Virus record (IMG/VR): IMGVR_UViG_3300022555_000004
Direction: 5' to 3' (one strand)
DNA: 64,000 nt
DNA from: a virus
Taxonomy: Duplodnaviria; Caudoviricetes
The position numbers and the translations under genes were made by a program. Each line of letters begins with the position of its first letter. Position 1 is the stretch's first letter. The notes under the pieces are model-generated. The model was not told the DNA's origin. It did not search any database and saw only the letters and a program-made list of their open reading frames with translations. This document shows, piece after piece, positions 45,696 to 53,955 of the stretch.

Positions 45696-45934
45696 AATGC
45701 GATGGGCACATAAACATCAATTCCGGTGGCGCTCTTTGGAGGGCAACGTGTGACCTTGAAGAAGGACATGAAGGTTCTCATGTGTTTTATGGTGATAATT
45801 ATAAACTGACATGGCTTACACAGGCAAAGATGATTGAGAATTATAATCATGAAGTAGGTTTGTTATCGGACGAAGTAAAAGAAAATTGTAAAAGAAAACT
45901 AATGGTAGAAAATCTTGTAGAGAGTATATTTTAA
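45686..45934 (+). CDS. Hypothetical protein
   Basis: C...CDL..GH.GSH pattern. Confidence 0.6.
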   Translation: MYMKCDGHININSGGALWRATCDLEEGHEGSHVFYGDNYKLTWLTQAKMIENYNHEVGLLSDEVKENCKRKLMVENLVESIF

Positions 45935-46335
45935 TGGCTGAGAAAACCATATTCGATTATTTGAATAATATTTATTTGAAGGGCGATTTGAAGTACGATA
46001 AGAAATTAGCACCTGTTTATCTTATTTCATTATGGTTGTCCCATGATAAACAACTACTTGATATTGTTGACAAAATCAACGAGTTCCAGTTCTTTCTTCC
46101 AGACAATTTAATTTATGAATATTATTATCATAAGGTGCCTAAAGGAAAACGATATATAAAGTGGGTTAAAAAAGAAGAAGTTGATAAAAAGGAAAAGGAA
46201 AAATTTGATTCTATCCGCAAGGATATGATGTTATCAAAAAAGGAAATGTCTTATTTTCAATCGTTTACAAATCTATTGGAAAGTAATAAGATAAGTAAGA
46301 AAACAACAAAAAATGCATCATCAATATTTTTATAG
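45934..46335 (+). CDS. gp62: Clamp loader A subunit (T4 gp62-like)
   Basis: IFDYLN.I.L, YLISLWLS, R.YIKWVKK; position between gp44 and gp45. Confidence 0.8.
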   Translation: MAEKTIFDYLNNIYLKGDLKYDKKLAPVYLISLWLSHDKQLLDIVDKINEFQFFLPDNLIYEYYYHKVPKGKRYIKWVKKEEVDKKEKEKFDSIRKDMMLSKKEMSYFQSFTNLLESNKISKKTTKNASSIFL

Positions 46336-46347
46336 AAGGAGCAAAAA

Positions 46348-46605
46348 ATGATTATTAAACAGGATGTTAATGGAAATGTTTTGGAAATCCAATGTGATAT
46401 TTGCAAAGCACGGTTCGATGTTAAGGAAGAAATGGATGAATTTATCTGTTTCGATTATGTTATGGGTGAAGGCGCCCAGTATCCAGATAAACAAATTCAA
46501 GCGGATATTTGTCAGGATTGTTTTATTGAAGCATTCCCCACATTGTTTGAGGATGAAGAAGCAGAACCAGAAATGCCTATCACATTTAGCAATGAAGGAT
46601 ATTAA
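46348..46605 (+). CDS. Zn-ribbon hypothetical protein
   Basis: CDIC and CQDC. Confidence 0.7.
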   Translation: MIIKQDVNGNVLEIQCDICKARFDVKEEMDEFICFDYVMGEGAQYPDKQIQADICQDCFIEAFPTLFEDEEAEPEMPITFSNEGY

Positions 46606-46623
46606 TAAGGAAATGGTGGAATA

Positions 46624-47373
46624 ATGTTAATCAACACAAGTGAATTAAAAACGTTTTTAAAAAAGGCCACGATCAACTACTGTATTGATAGTGTTCAGAT
46701 AAATTTGACAAAAGCCCTCGTAACATCAAAGATGATTTCGGCGGCCTCTGATGTAATTTCATTACTCAAATTACCTAATGAAATACTACCTAGCATGAAG
46801 GCCACGGATACATTGGTTCTGAATTTTGCTGAACCAAATACAAACATCGTTCCATACCTCAATCTTATTGATGATGATGTAGAAACAACGATAGCTATTA
46901 AGGATGAAAAAATTACATTGATTCAGGGGAAACAAAAATCCAATATGTTTTTTTGCTCGCCCCAAATGGTAAATGTTTTTGAGGCGGATAGTCCACGAGC
47001 TGATATTGATTACTTCAAAGTGATGGATATTGATGATGATTTTATTGAATCCTTCAATAAAATTAAAAAGATTGGGTCAAAATTTAATAAGATTTATTTT
47101 GGTGTTTTGGATAATGTGTTATATATAGAAGCATCGGATAAACAAAATAGATTTTCAAATGGATTGAGAATTGATTTATGTGACGTGACATATGATAATA
47201 TGTCCATGTGTTTTGATTTCAAAAATGTGGTCAATGTAATGTCGGTATTAGACATGGTTGATTTTACATGTCATTTTGCCTATGTTCCAGAACAAGAATT
47301 AGGTATGATATATATCGGAAATGAAAATGAAAGTGAAAAATACTATTTAATGAGTAAAAACGATGGTGTATAA
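46624..47373 (+). CDS. gp45: Sliding clamp (T4 gp45-like)
   Basis: ~250 aa, acidic, clamp-like repeated pattern; adjacent to clamp loader. Confidence 0.75.
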   Translation: MLINTSELKTFLKKATINYCIDSVQINLTKALVTSKMISAASDVISLLKLPNEILPSMKATDTLVLNFAEPNTNIVPYLNLIDDDVETTIAIKDEKITLIQGKQKSNMFFCSPQMVNVFEADSPRADIDYFKVMDIDDDFIESFNKIKKIGSKFNKIYFGVLDNVLYIEASDKQNRFSNGLRIDLCDVTYDNMSMCFDFKNVVNVMSVLDMVDFTCHFAYVPEQELGMIYIGNENESEKYYLMSKNDGV

Positions 47374-47441
47374 TTTCCTTGACAATTCAATAAAAATGGT
47401 GTATAATAGGTTTATAATTGAATAAGAAAGGAAATGGAAAA

Positions 47442-47885
47442 ATGACGGATAACATTTTTAATGTGTTATTTCTTGATTTTGACGGTGTTCTCAATAGGTA
47501 TGGTCATTTAAAGAGTTGTGGGCTTTTATCGAAAAATTGTATTTCAAAATTAAATACGATTGTGGAGCAAACAGAAAAGTTAAGGATTGTAATTTCAAGT
47601 TGTTGGAGGATGGGTCGTTCAGTTGAAGTGTTACGACATATCTTGAAAAATGGTGGATTTAAGTATTCAAATTTTATTATTGATACTACGTTGTTTGGTG
47701 TTGAACTGAGCACAAGGGGTGATGAAATTAAGGAATGGCTTAGTCGAAATAATCGTGTAAATAAATTTGTTATTATTGATGATAATTCTGATATGGCACC
47801 TTATATGGATCGATTGGTTCAAACCAATGGTAAAATGGGAATTACAGATAATGATGTAAATGAAGTTGTAAATTTGTTCAAATAG
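47442..47885 (+). CDS. HAD phosphatase, Swiss-Army-knife RNA-repair-like family
   Basis: LFLDFDGVLN, IVISS.WR, RGDEI.EWL, FVIIDD. Confidence 0.85.
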   Translation: MTDNIFNVLFLDFDGVLNRYGHLKSCGLLSKNCISKLNTIVEQTEKLRIVISSCWRMGRSVEVLRHILKNGGFKYSNFIIDTTLFGVELSTRGDEIKEWLSRNNRVNKFVIIDDNSDMAPYMDRLVQTNGKMGITDNDVNEVVNLFK

Positions 47886-48079
47886 AAAGGATGACGTATG
47901 TGTAAAGGAAAGTTTTTTCATACTTGGGTAAATGGAGTGAGGCAAAAGCCGAACAATGGGTAAGAACGAATTATTTTCATGCCAGTGAACAATTTTTTTA
48001 TAAAATGTTCCAAAATAGGTATTGTGAACGATGTGGCAAATATACGAAAAGATATATTTTAGAAGATTAAAAAAATAAG

Positions 48080-48108
48080 TTGACAAACATGAATAAATAA
48101 GGTATAGT
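48080..48108 (+). promoter_or_regulatory. Sigma70 promoter of the Ubl gene (similar promoters at 48550-48578 and 49518-49546)
   Basis: TTGACA-17-TATAGT; TTGACA-17-TATTAT; TTGACA-17-TATAAT. Confidence 0.8.
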
Positions 48109-48139
48109 GTAGTTACAAAATTAAACAGGAGGTTATGTT

Positions 48140-48418
48140 ATGGAAAGAGAAGTTTGGGGTGGTGAAAATTTTCAGTATAATGAAGGCGCAATCCAAACTG
48201 GCATTATGGTAAACGGAACGACAATTCCGGTTGAACCAGGCGCTAGTTTTAGGGATACAATCAAAAACGTGTCGCTTGATGCGGGTTTTGGTAAGTATCG
48301 TGTGTTTCTGAACGGTGCTGAAATTCGTCCGTCTGAAGCGCCCGCTCTGTTCAACGCAGGCGATAAAGCCGAAGTGCGCGCATATGACGATGCCGGAGCT
48401 ATAATCCTTTGCCAGTAA
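48140..48418 (+). CDS. Ubiquitin-like beta-grasp protein, ends DAG-AIILCQ
   Basis: IMVNG.....PG.S...FLNG.EI....A...GD.AEVR.YD.AG pattern; upstream of E2/E1/JAB genes. Confidence 0.7.
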   Translation: MEREVWGGENFQYNEGAIQTGIMVNGTTIPVEPGASFRDTIKNVSLDAGFGKYRVFLNGAEIRPSEAPALFNAGDKAEVRAYDDAGAIILCQ

Positions 48419-48459
48419 GGATTTGGACGTTTAATTCATGGGTTTCGCGAAATCAGTGA

Positions 48460-48494
48460 AAAAAGGTTGTATATATTATGTATACAACCTTTTT
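48460..48494. repeat. Perfect 14-bp inverted repeat between the Ubl and E2-like genes
   Basis: AAAAAGGTTGTATA-7nt-TATACAACCTTTTT. Confidence 0.8.
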
Positions 48495-48608
48495 ACGTTG
48501 TATCCAATGGTATGCTGAACGATACGATATTGGTGGATAAAAATAAATGTTGACAAATGGAACAAAACGTGGTATTATAAGAGAAAAAAATGAAGAGAGG
48601 ATATAACA

Positions 48609-49475
48609 ATGGCTGATACCAGCAACATTAAAGATAAGCTTAAAGCATATCATGACAGTATGATTCAAACACTTGAAACGTTGAAAATTGACGATCTCAA
48701 AACAACGACTGTTACGATACGTCTAGGCAATAAAATATATGATTTGGTTGCTTCAAAAGAATCCGTGATTGTTGATGAAGATCAGATCAGGAAAGAATTT
48801 GAAGATAAACTAACAGAAAAACGTTTGAATATCAGGGATACAATTAAGGCTAAAATGTCCGAAGTTTCGGCATTAGTGTCGTCTATTCAAAGTGAATATG
48901 AACGAAAAGAAAAAATCCTAAAGGATACAATGTCGAAAGCGGCACCTATGCCAGAAGTAACATGGTCACATGCACAACGTGGGTTGTCCATTGTTAAGGG
49001 TGGTTCGCGTGGTGAAATTATTTGGATTGTCAAAAGAACGTATAATCCTAAATTCATGGATCATAAGAGTATTGAACCGTTATATGTCAAGAAATTAATG
49101 ACCCATATTTATATCAGAATTACAACTAGGGATAACGCTGTTATGGGTGTGTCTTCACACTATATGAATAATATGGATTATTTTGACCACTATCATCAAG
49201 CCCGTCCTGATTGTTGGGGAAATTGGAAATACCCTAAATCGTGGAATACCGCGGATGATATTATCAAAATCGCTGATGATGCCACATCTGTAATGGAAAA
49301 CATTAACACAATGTCCGTTGCACACAGGACGCCATCGTTGATGCCACGGTTGGAAACTTTACGCCGTCATTTAGCCAAAGATCCGATCGCTCCACCTGTT
49401 GTTAAGGTTGGTGTGTCTGATATGAGAGAAGGACTTGGTATGAACGCTCCAAATAGCGATATTTGGGGAAACTAA
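48609..49475 (+). CDS. Coiled-coil plus putative prokaryotic E2-like domain
   Basis: FDHYHQARPDCWGN resembles the HP(N/H)...C(W/L)G E2 active-site region; C202 is the only Cys; operon context. Confidence 0.55.
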   Translation: MADTSNIKDKLKAYHDSMIQTLETLKIDDLKTTTVTIRLGNKIYDLVASKESVIVDEDQIRKEFEDKLTEKRLNIRDTIKAKMSEVSALVSSIQSEYERKEKILKDTMSKAAPMPEVTWSHAQRGLSIVKGGSRGEIIWIVKRTYNPKFMDHKSIEPLYVKKLMTHIYIRITTRDNAVMGVSSHYMNNMDYFDHYHQARPDCWGNWKYPKSWNTADDIIKIADDATSVMENINTMSVAHRTPSLMPRLETLRRHLAKDPIAPPVVKVGVSDMREGLGMNAPNSDIWGN

Positions 49476-49577
49476 CAGGATGAACCGGAGGAAATTTTCC
49501 TCCGGTTCATTATTATGTTGACATAACAGGGGTTTTGTGTTATAATCAATTTATAATAAAGAAAGGAAATAAAAACT

Positions 49578-50159
49578 ATGAGCCGTTTATATGAACGACA
49601 AGAAAGTTTAAAATTGAATAAGGATATTAGCATCACCGTGATTGGTTGTGGTGGTGTTGGTTATTGGACGGCAAAATTTGCTGCAATGTCTGGAATTGAA
49701 AAGATTTATTTGTTTGATTTCGATGTTATTGAGGAACATAATTTGAATCGGTTGGATTTACCGATAAGTGCAATTGGTCAGAACAAAGCGGCCGTTACGA
49801 AATCGGTTATCAATTTTTTACGTCCTGAAACGACCGTGTTTGCACTGCCTTTCAAATTTAAAGAAGGTCTTTTCAAAATGACAGATTGGATTATTGATTG
49901 CACAGATCGTTCCAATGTTCAAGAGGAAAATCAAGCTATCGCAAAAGCCAATGGTGCAAAATATTTGAAGGTTGGGTATAACGGTGAACATATCACTTTA
50001 TCAAATGTTGTTGCCGAGTGGGGTGAGTCTACCGATGGGTACACGGTTATTCCATCGTGGGTTGTTCCTGCCACCGTTGTGGCCGCACTTGCCGTTGGAA
50101 AAATCATGAAATATTATGATAAAGAGATTTCTACCAATTTAAAAGATTTGTATAATTAA
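49578..50159 (+). CDS. ThiF/E1-family adenylyltransferase (minimal, no CxxC Zn sites)
   Basis: VIGCGGVG, DFDVIEEHNLNR, IGQNKA, IDCTD. Confidence 0.92.
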   Translation: MSRLYERQESLKLNKDISITVIGCGGVGYWTAKFAAMSGIEKIYLFDFDVIEEHNLNRLDLPISAIGQNKAAVTKSVINFLRPETTVFALPFKFKEGLFKMTDWIIDCTDRSNVQEENQAIAKANGAKYLKVGYNGEHITLSNVVAEWGESTDGYTVIPSWVVPATVVAALAVGKIMKYYDKEISTNLKDLYN

Positions 50160-50163
50160 GATT

Positions 50164-50979
50164 ATGGGAAAAAAGAAAAATAGGAGAAAAAAGAAAATGA
50201 ATAAAATATATAGAGCATATAATTTTCAATCAGTTGAAAATCAATTGGATGCACTTGAACCGATTGCGGCCGATGATGGGTGGGGTAACACCGCTGATGA
50301 TTTGAAGGTAGTTTCCACTTGTGGACGTAAACCAGAAGGAGCATTGACAATTTTATTCAGTCGGATTGCCAAAGCAAAGGTTGATATTCTAATGAAGAAA
50401 TATCAAAATCTGGAATGGTTAGCATATCTAATTGGCGATGCTAGTAACCGATTTGTACGAGATATTGTTTTACCTGAGCAAGAAGTAACGTCTGGAGCGG
50501 TTACTGTGACTGGCCCTCAGCCGAGTTCTGATGTAATGGGTGTCATTCATTCCCATCACAGCATGGGAGCGTTCTTTTCGGGGACAGATGATGCTTATAT
50601 CAATCAAAATTATGATATTTCGGTTGTCGTTGCCCACAATGGAATTAAAGCACAGGTACGATGGGTAACGCCTTGTGGATATAAGGTTGTGTCGGATGGT
50701 CAGGTTATTGTTGAAAGCGAAAATCTGTTTGATGAAAACGATTTTATCAGCCAAGTGGATACGGTGGTTACACCTAAAACCTTCAACCTGATTAAATCCG
50801 TATGTGGAACAGGAACAAAAATTCCTGTAAAACATCGAAAAGGTATAAGAGGATTGTCAGGATTGTCAGGATCGTATATGCCAAAAGTTGATATTGATGA
50901 AGAAACATCACCTGAACATCCAGATGAAGGTGAAAATTTGGCGGATATGCTCACACGGGATTTCTGTAACAGGTCATAA
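50164..50979 (+). CDS. JAB/MPN+ metalloprotease (deconjugase-like)
   Basis: EWLAYL...PEQEV and HSHHSMGAFFSGTD JAMM motif. Confidence 0.9.
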   Translation: MGKKKNRRKKKMNKIYRAYNFQSVENQLDALEPIAADDGWGNTADDLKVVSTCGRKPEGALTILFSRIAKAKVDILMKKYQNLEWLAYLIGDASNRFVRDIVLPEQEVTSGAVTVTGPQPSSDVMGVIHSHHSMGAFFSGTDDAYINQNYDISVVVAHNGIKAQVRWVTPCGYKVVSDGQVIVESENLFDENDFISQVDTVVTPKTFNLIKSVCGTGTKIPVKHRKGIRGLSGLSGSYMPKVDIDEETSPEHPDEGENLADMLTRDFCNRS

Positions 50980-51041
50980 TTTAAATTTAAAATAATAATT
51001 AAAAAACCCATAGGATATTTTTTACCTTATGGGTTTTTTAT

Positions 51042-51049
51042 TATAAATA
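51042..51049 (+). promoter_or_regulatory. T4-type late promoter TATAAATA (also 57975, 61398 on plus; 18014, 32631 on minus)
   Basis: Exact octamer in intergenic positions upstream of genes. Confidence 0.7.
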
Positions 51050-51211
51050 GTGTTGTAATAAAAATATGTATTATCGGAAATGTTTAGTATTCTTGAATTG
51101 TTTATGATTGAATATCAAATAACAACATTCAAACAAATATATCCGGCTGCCCTGTTGCTAATGCATATTTTACCACATAAAAAATACAATGTAAATAGAA
51201 GGTAAGAATAA

Positions 51212-51571
51212 ATGCGACTAACACTGACGACAACACAGTTTTGCCAATTAGTAATGTGTATGTTGTACGATTCCCTCGTCCGGCCGGACGAGATTGTTCC
51301 TATTTTGAATAATCAAGACTATAATGATCTTATGACGCTTTTGAAACAACGTGGATGTCGTACAATTTTTCAACAATACTACATGAGATTAGACCCTCAA
51401 ATGAGAATTAGGTATAGAATGATTGATGATGTGTTCAGGGATAACAATAAGAATATGGATATTTTTCTGGACATAAGGAAAGAACGTGTACCCGTTGAAA
51501 AGAAAGGCCTGATAAGACGCACAGGCGAGTTCTTGGCAAAGGTTGTAACACTAGGATTATATAAAAAATAG
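51212..51571 (+). CDS. Hypothetical protein
   Basis: ORF track; RBS. Confidence 0.75.
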   Translation: MRLTLTTTQFCQLVMCMLYDSLVRPDEIVPILNNQDYNDLMTLLKQRGCRTIFQQYYMRLDPQMRIRYRMIDDVFRDNNKNMDIFLDIRKERVPVEKKGLIRRTGEFLAKVVTLGLYKK

Positions 51572-51584
51572 GAGGAAGTAAAAA

Positions 51585-51902
51585 ATGGGTGGTGAATTTT
51601 TTGGAAGTGGTTTGACACACGATCAAACAAATCTTGCAGCGGAAACGAGTCCTGATACAGTTGACCCAGGCAAGATTGAAACAGATGTAAGTGGTGTATT
51701 TGCTGATGGGAAAAAAGATAGTTTTCCGATCTTCACGGTTAATAAGGAAGATTTTTATAATAACATGAAGGCTGACCGAAAACGAATGAGATTTTCAACT
51801 GAACCGGCGGCAAATTATCTAAGAGGAACACGATATAATAGACCGTTTTATATTCAATATAAAGGGGAACAGGGAGAGAATTTTTTGAGGAAGGTAAAGT
51901 AA
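51585..51902 (+). CDS. Hypothetical protein (T4-like phage type)
   Basis: FP.F.V..E.FY.NM.ADRKR.RF pattern. Confidence 0.75.
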   Translation: MGGEFFGSGLTHDQTNLAAETSPDTVDPGKIETDVSGVFADGKKDSFPIFTVNKEDFYNNMKADRKRMRFSTEPAANYLRGTRYNRPFYIQYKGEQGENFLRKVK

Positions 51903-51903
51903 A

Positions 51904-52113
51904 ATGATATTCAAACATTATATCAAGAATTACAAGAAGTTAAATGAAGGTGTATCTTTAGATGAAGGTGCTGTAGCATGGGATGATTTGACTGCTTTTT
52001 ATAAAAAAGCTGATAAAACAGAAATTGCTAAAATGGAACGTCTTGTTAAAAATGAAGATTGGGATGCATTTAAAACCCTTATTTATAAAGTTATTGGCGT
52101 AATGGTAAAATGA
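51904..52113 (+). CDS. Hypothetical protein
   Basis: Tight operon packing. Confidence 0.65.
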   Translation: MIFKHYIKNYKKLNEGVSLDEGAVAWDDLTAFYKKADKTEIAKMERLVKNEDWDAFKTLIYKVIGVMVK

Positions 52114-52370
52114 CAGAACAAGAATATGATTTTATCCGAACATTAGAAAATAATAATCTGAATATTATGCGCCGAATGTCGAATATAGAAACATTAAACA
52201 ATCAAAATGATATTATAAAATTACATGATGATATAACCAAAACCCTTGATATTATTTACAATTTACTTATGGCAAGAAATATAACTACTAAAGAAGGTGT
52301 ATATACCTTAGAACAAATGAAGATAGGATTTATTGAAATGCTAGCGTTACTGGACGAATTATTATCTTGA
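52110..52370 (+). CDS. Hypothetical protein
   Basis: 4-nt overlap with upstream gene. Confidence 0.65.
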   Translation: MTEQEYDFIRTLENNNLNIMRRMSNIETLNNQNDIIKLHDDITKTLDIIYNLLMARNITTKEGVYTLEQMKIGFIEMLALLDELLS

Positions 52371-52425
52371 CAAACCAATAATTTTGTGGTATTATATACT
52401 TAAATTAAGAAGGAAAATGTGAAGA

Positions 52426-53295
52426 ATGACAACCAGCCTGATAGACCTTAACAACCTCGCCGTTAGACATTATTGCTCAAAAGAAGTGGGTTATGATACA
52501 GATGAACCCAACATATCATTATGGAAACATAATGTAATTGACTCAATATATCAATCGTTATATAAAGAACCGTCCCTAAATGAGATTGTTCTTGCTGTTG
52601 ATGATAGGAAATCATGGCGAAAATTATATTGGGCTAGATACAAAGAATCACGAAAAGGAAAACGAGATAAATCCAAAATTAACTGGAATATTTTTCATAC
52701 AGAATATAGAAAATTTTGTGATGAAATTCAAGACAACCTACCATTCAAAGTATTACTTGTTGAAAATGCCGAAGCTGATGATATCATTGGCGTTCTTGCT
52801 TTAAAAGATAATAGGGAATATATTGTTATTTCTAATGATGAAGATTATTTACAATTAGTGTCAGATAGGGTAAAATTGTATAATCCTCAAAAAATGATGT
52901 TTATGGATTGTCCTGATACAGAGAAATTTATCGTAATGAAATGTCTTACTGGGCAAGCAAAGGATGATATATTCAATATTAAAACACCGTTAGATTGGCC
53001 GGCAGGCAAAAGAAAGCCGGGTTTTGGTGAAGTTTCGGCAAACGCTGTTCTTAGTTCTGGATACAAGGACTGGCTTATTAAAAATAACTTAGAAAAACGA
53101 TTTGATGTAAATCGTATTTTGATTGATTTTCATAGAATACCAACTACGATAAAGTCAAGAATAATAAATGCTTACAAGAATTATATATTAGCTCCACCAG
53201 ATAGAATGTATGGATTTTTTGCTGGAAATAAGTTTGGCGGTTTTATTGAAGATTTCAGTAGGGTTGAGAGCAAACTTTTACAATTATACAATTAA
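52426..53295 (+). CDS. rnh: T4-type RNase H / 5'-3' exonuclease
   Basis: LIDLNN, WRK.YW..YK.SRK, EADDIIG, ISNDED..QL, GQAKDDI.NI. Confidence 0.9.
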   Translation: MTTSLIDLNNLAVRHYCSKEVGYDTDEPNISLWKHNVIDSIYQSLYKEPSLNEIVLAVDDRKSWRKLYWARYKESRKGKRDKSKINWNIFHTEYRKFCDEIQDNLPFKVLLVENAEADDIIGVLALKDNREYIVISNDEDYLQLVSDRVKLYNPQKMMFMDCPDTEKFIVMKCLTGQAKDDIFNIKTPLDWPAGKRKPGFGEVSANAVLSSGYKDWLIKNNLEKRFDVNRILIDFHRIPTTIKSRIINAYKNYILAPPDRMYGFFAGNKFGGFIEDFSRVESKLLQLYN

Positions 53296-53310
53296 ACGAA
53301 AGGAACATCA

Positions 53311-53568
53311 ATGAAAACGTATTTTGTTGTCAATGAAAAAGAAAAAGACGAGTTTGAAAAGAAATATCAGGCACCATATGGTCTGCATACATGCCCTAAT
53401 TTTGATTTTGAAGAATCAGCCGTTGGTTTTGTAGAAACATCTCCATATAAAGGACGAAACGATCTTATCGTAGAACGATGGGAAAATGGTGAGTGTACAG
53501 TTGTATATCGTGGTATTTGGTATACGACAGAATTGGACATGATGGATGAAAATAGAATTTTAAACTAA
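53311..53568 (+). CDS. Hypothetical protein
   Basis: AGGA RBS. Confidence 0.7.
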   Translation: MKTYFVVNEKEKDEFEKKYQAPYGLHTCPNFDFEESAVGFVETSPYKGRNDLIVERWENGECTVVYRGIWYTTELDMMDENRILN

Positions 53569-53630
53569 TTAAGGAAAACGAGAGGTGTGGCATTTGTTTG
53601 CCACACCTTTTTCTGTTTTAGGTAAGACAT

Positions 53631-53921
53631 ATGGTAACATATCTTAAAAAAGAAGAAATATATCCATTTTTTGGATTAGCAAAAAATGGTCAAGTGTTTG
53701 TTCAAGAAGGATTACCAAAGAAGGTAAACGAATTTGTTATAGAACATGAACAATATCATATCACTGATATGATAGCAAAATGGTGGGTATGGCGTGAGAT
53801 TAAGGCTAATTGTTATGCTGGTATAAGGCATCCGGTTGGGTTCTTTCATACATTATACTTAACATTGAGTAGTTGGGATAGAATAAAATTATACATAAAA
53901 AGATCACAAGACGGAATATAG
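53631..53921 (+). CDS. Hypothetical protein with HExxH motif
   Basis: VIEHEQYH. Confidence 0.65.
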   Translation: MVTYLKKEEIYPFFGLAKNGQVFVQEGLPKKVNEFVIEHEQYHITDMIAKWWVWREIKANCYAGIRHPVGFFHTLYLTLSSWDRIKLYIKRSQDGI

Positions 53922-53955
53922 AAATAGGACGTTTTCGGAATTTGGAGGAAAATAG

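Noticed and set aside
853-47928. Programmed frameshifts or phase variation at 853-857 (G5), 4752-4757 (A6), ~13337, 23653-23662 (CT5), 36451-36456 (A6), 47926-47928 (G3)
   Set aside because: Six unrelated genes are each repaired by 1-2 nt in a short run, with no shared slippery motif or stimulator. Sequencing-consensus indels are the simpler explanation; read inspection would settle it.
49578-50159. Thiamine or molybdopterin biosynthesis role for the ThiF gene
   Set aside because: No ThiG, ThiS-GG, MoaE or rhodanese partners nearby; neighbours are JAB and E2-like genes. Not formally excluded without biochemistry.
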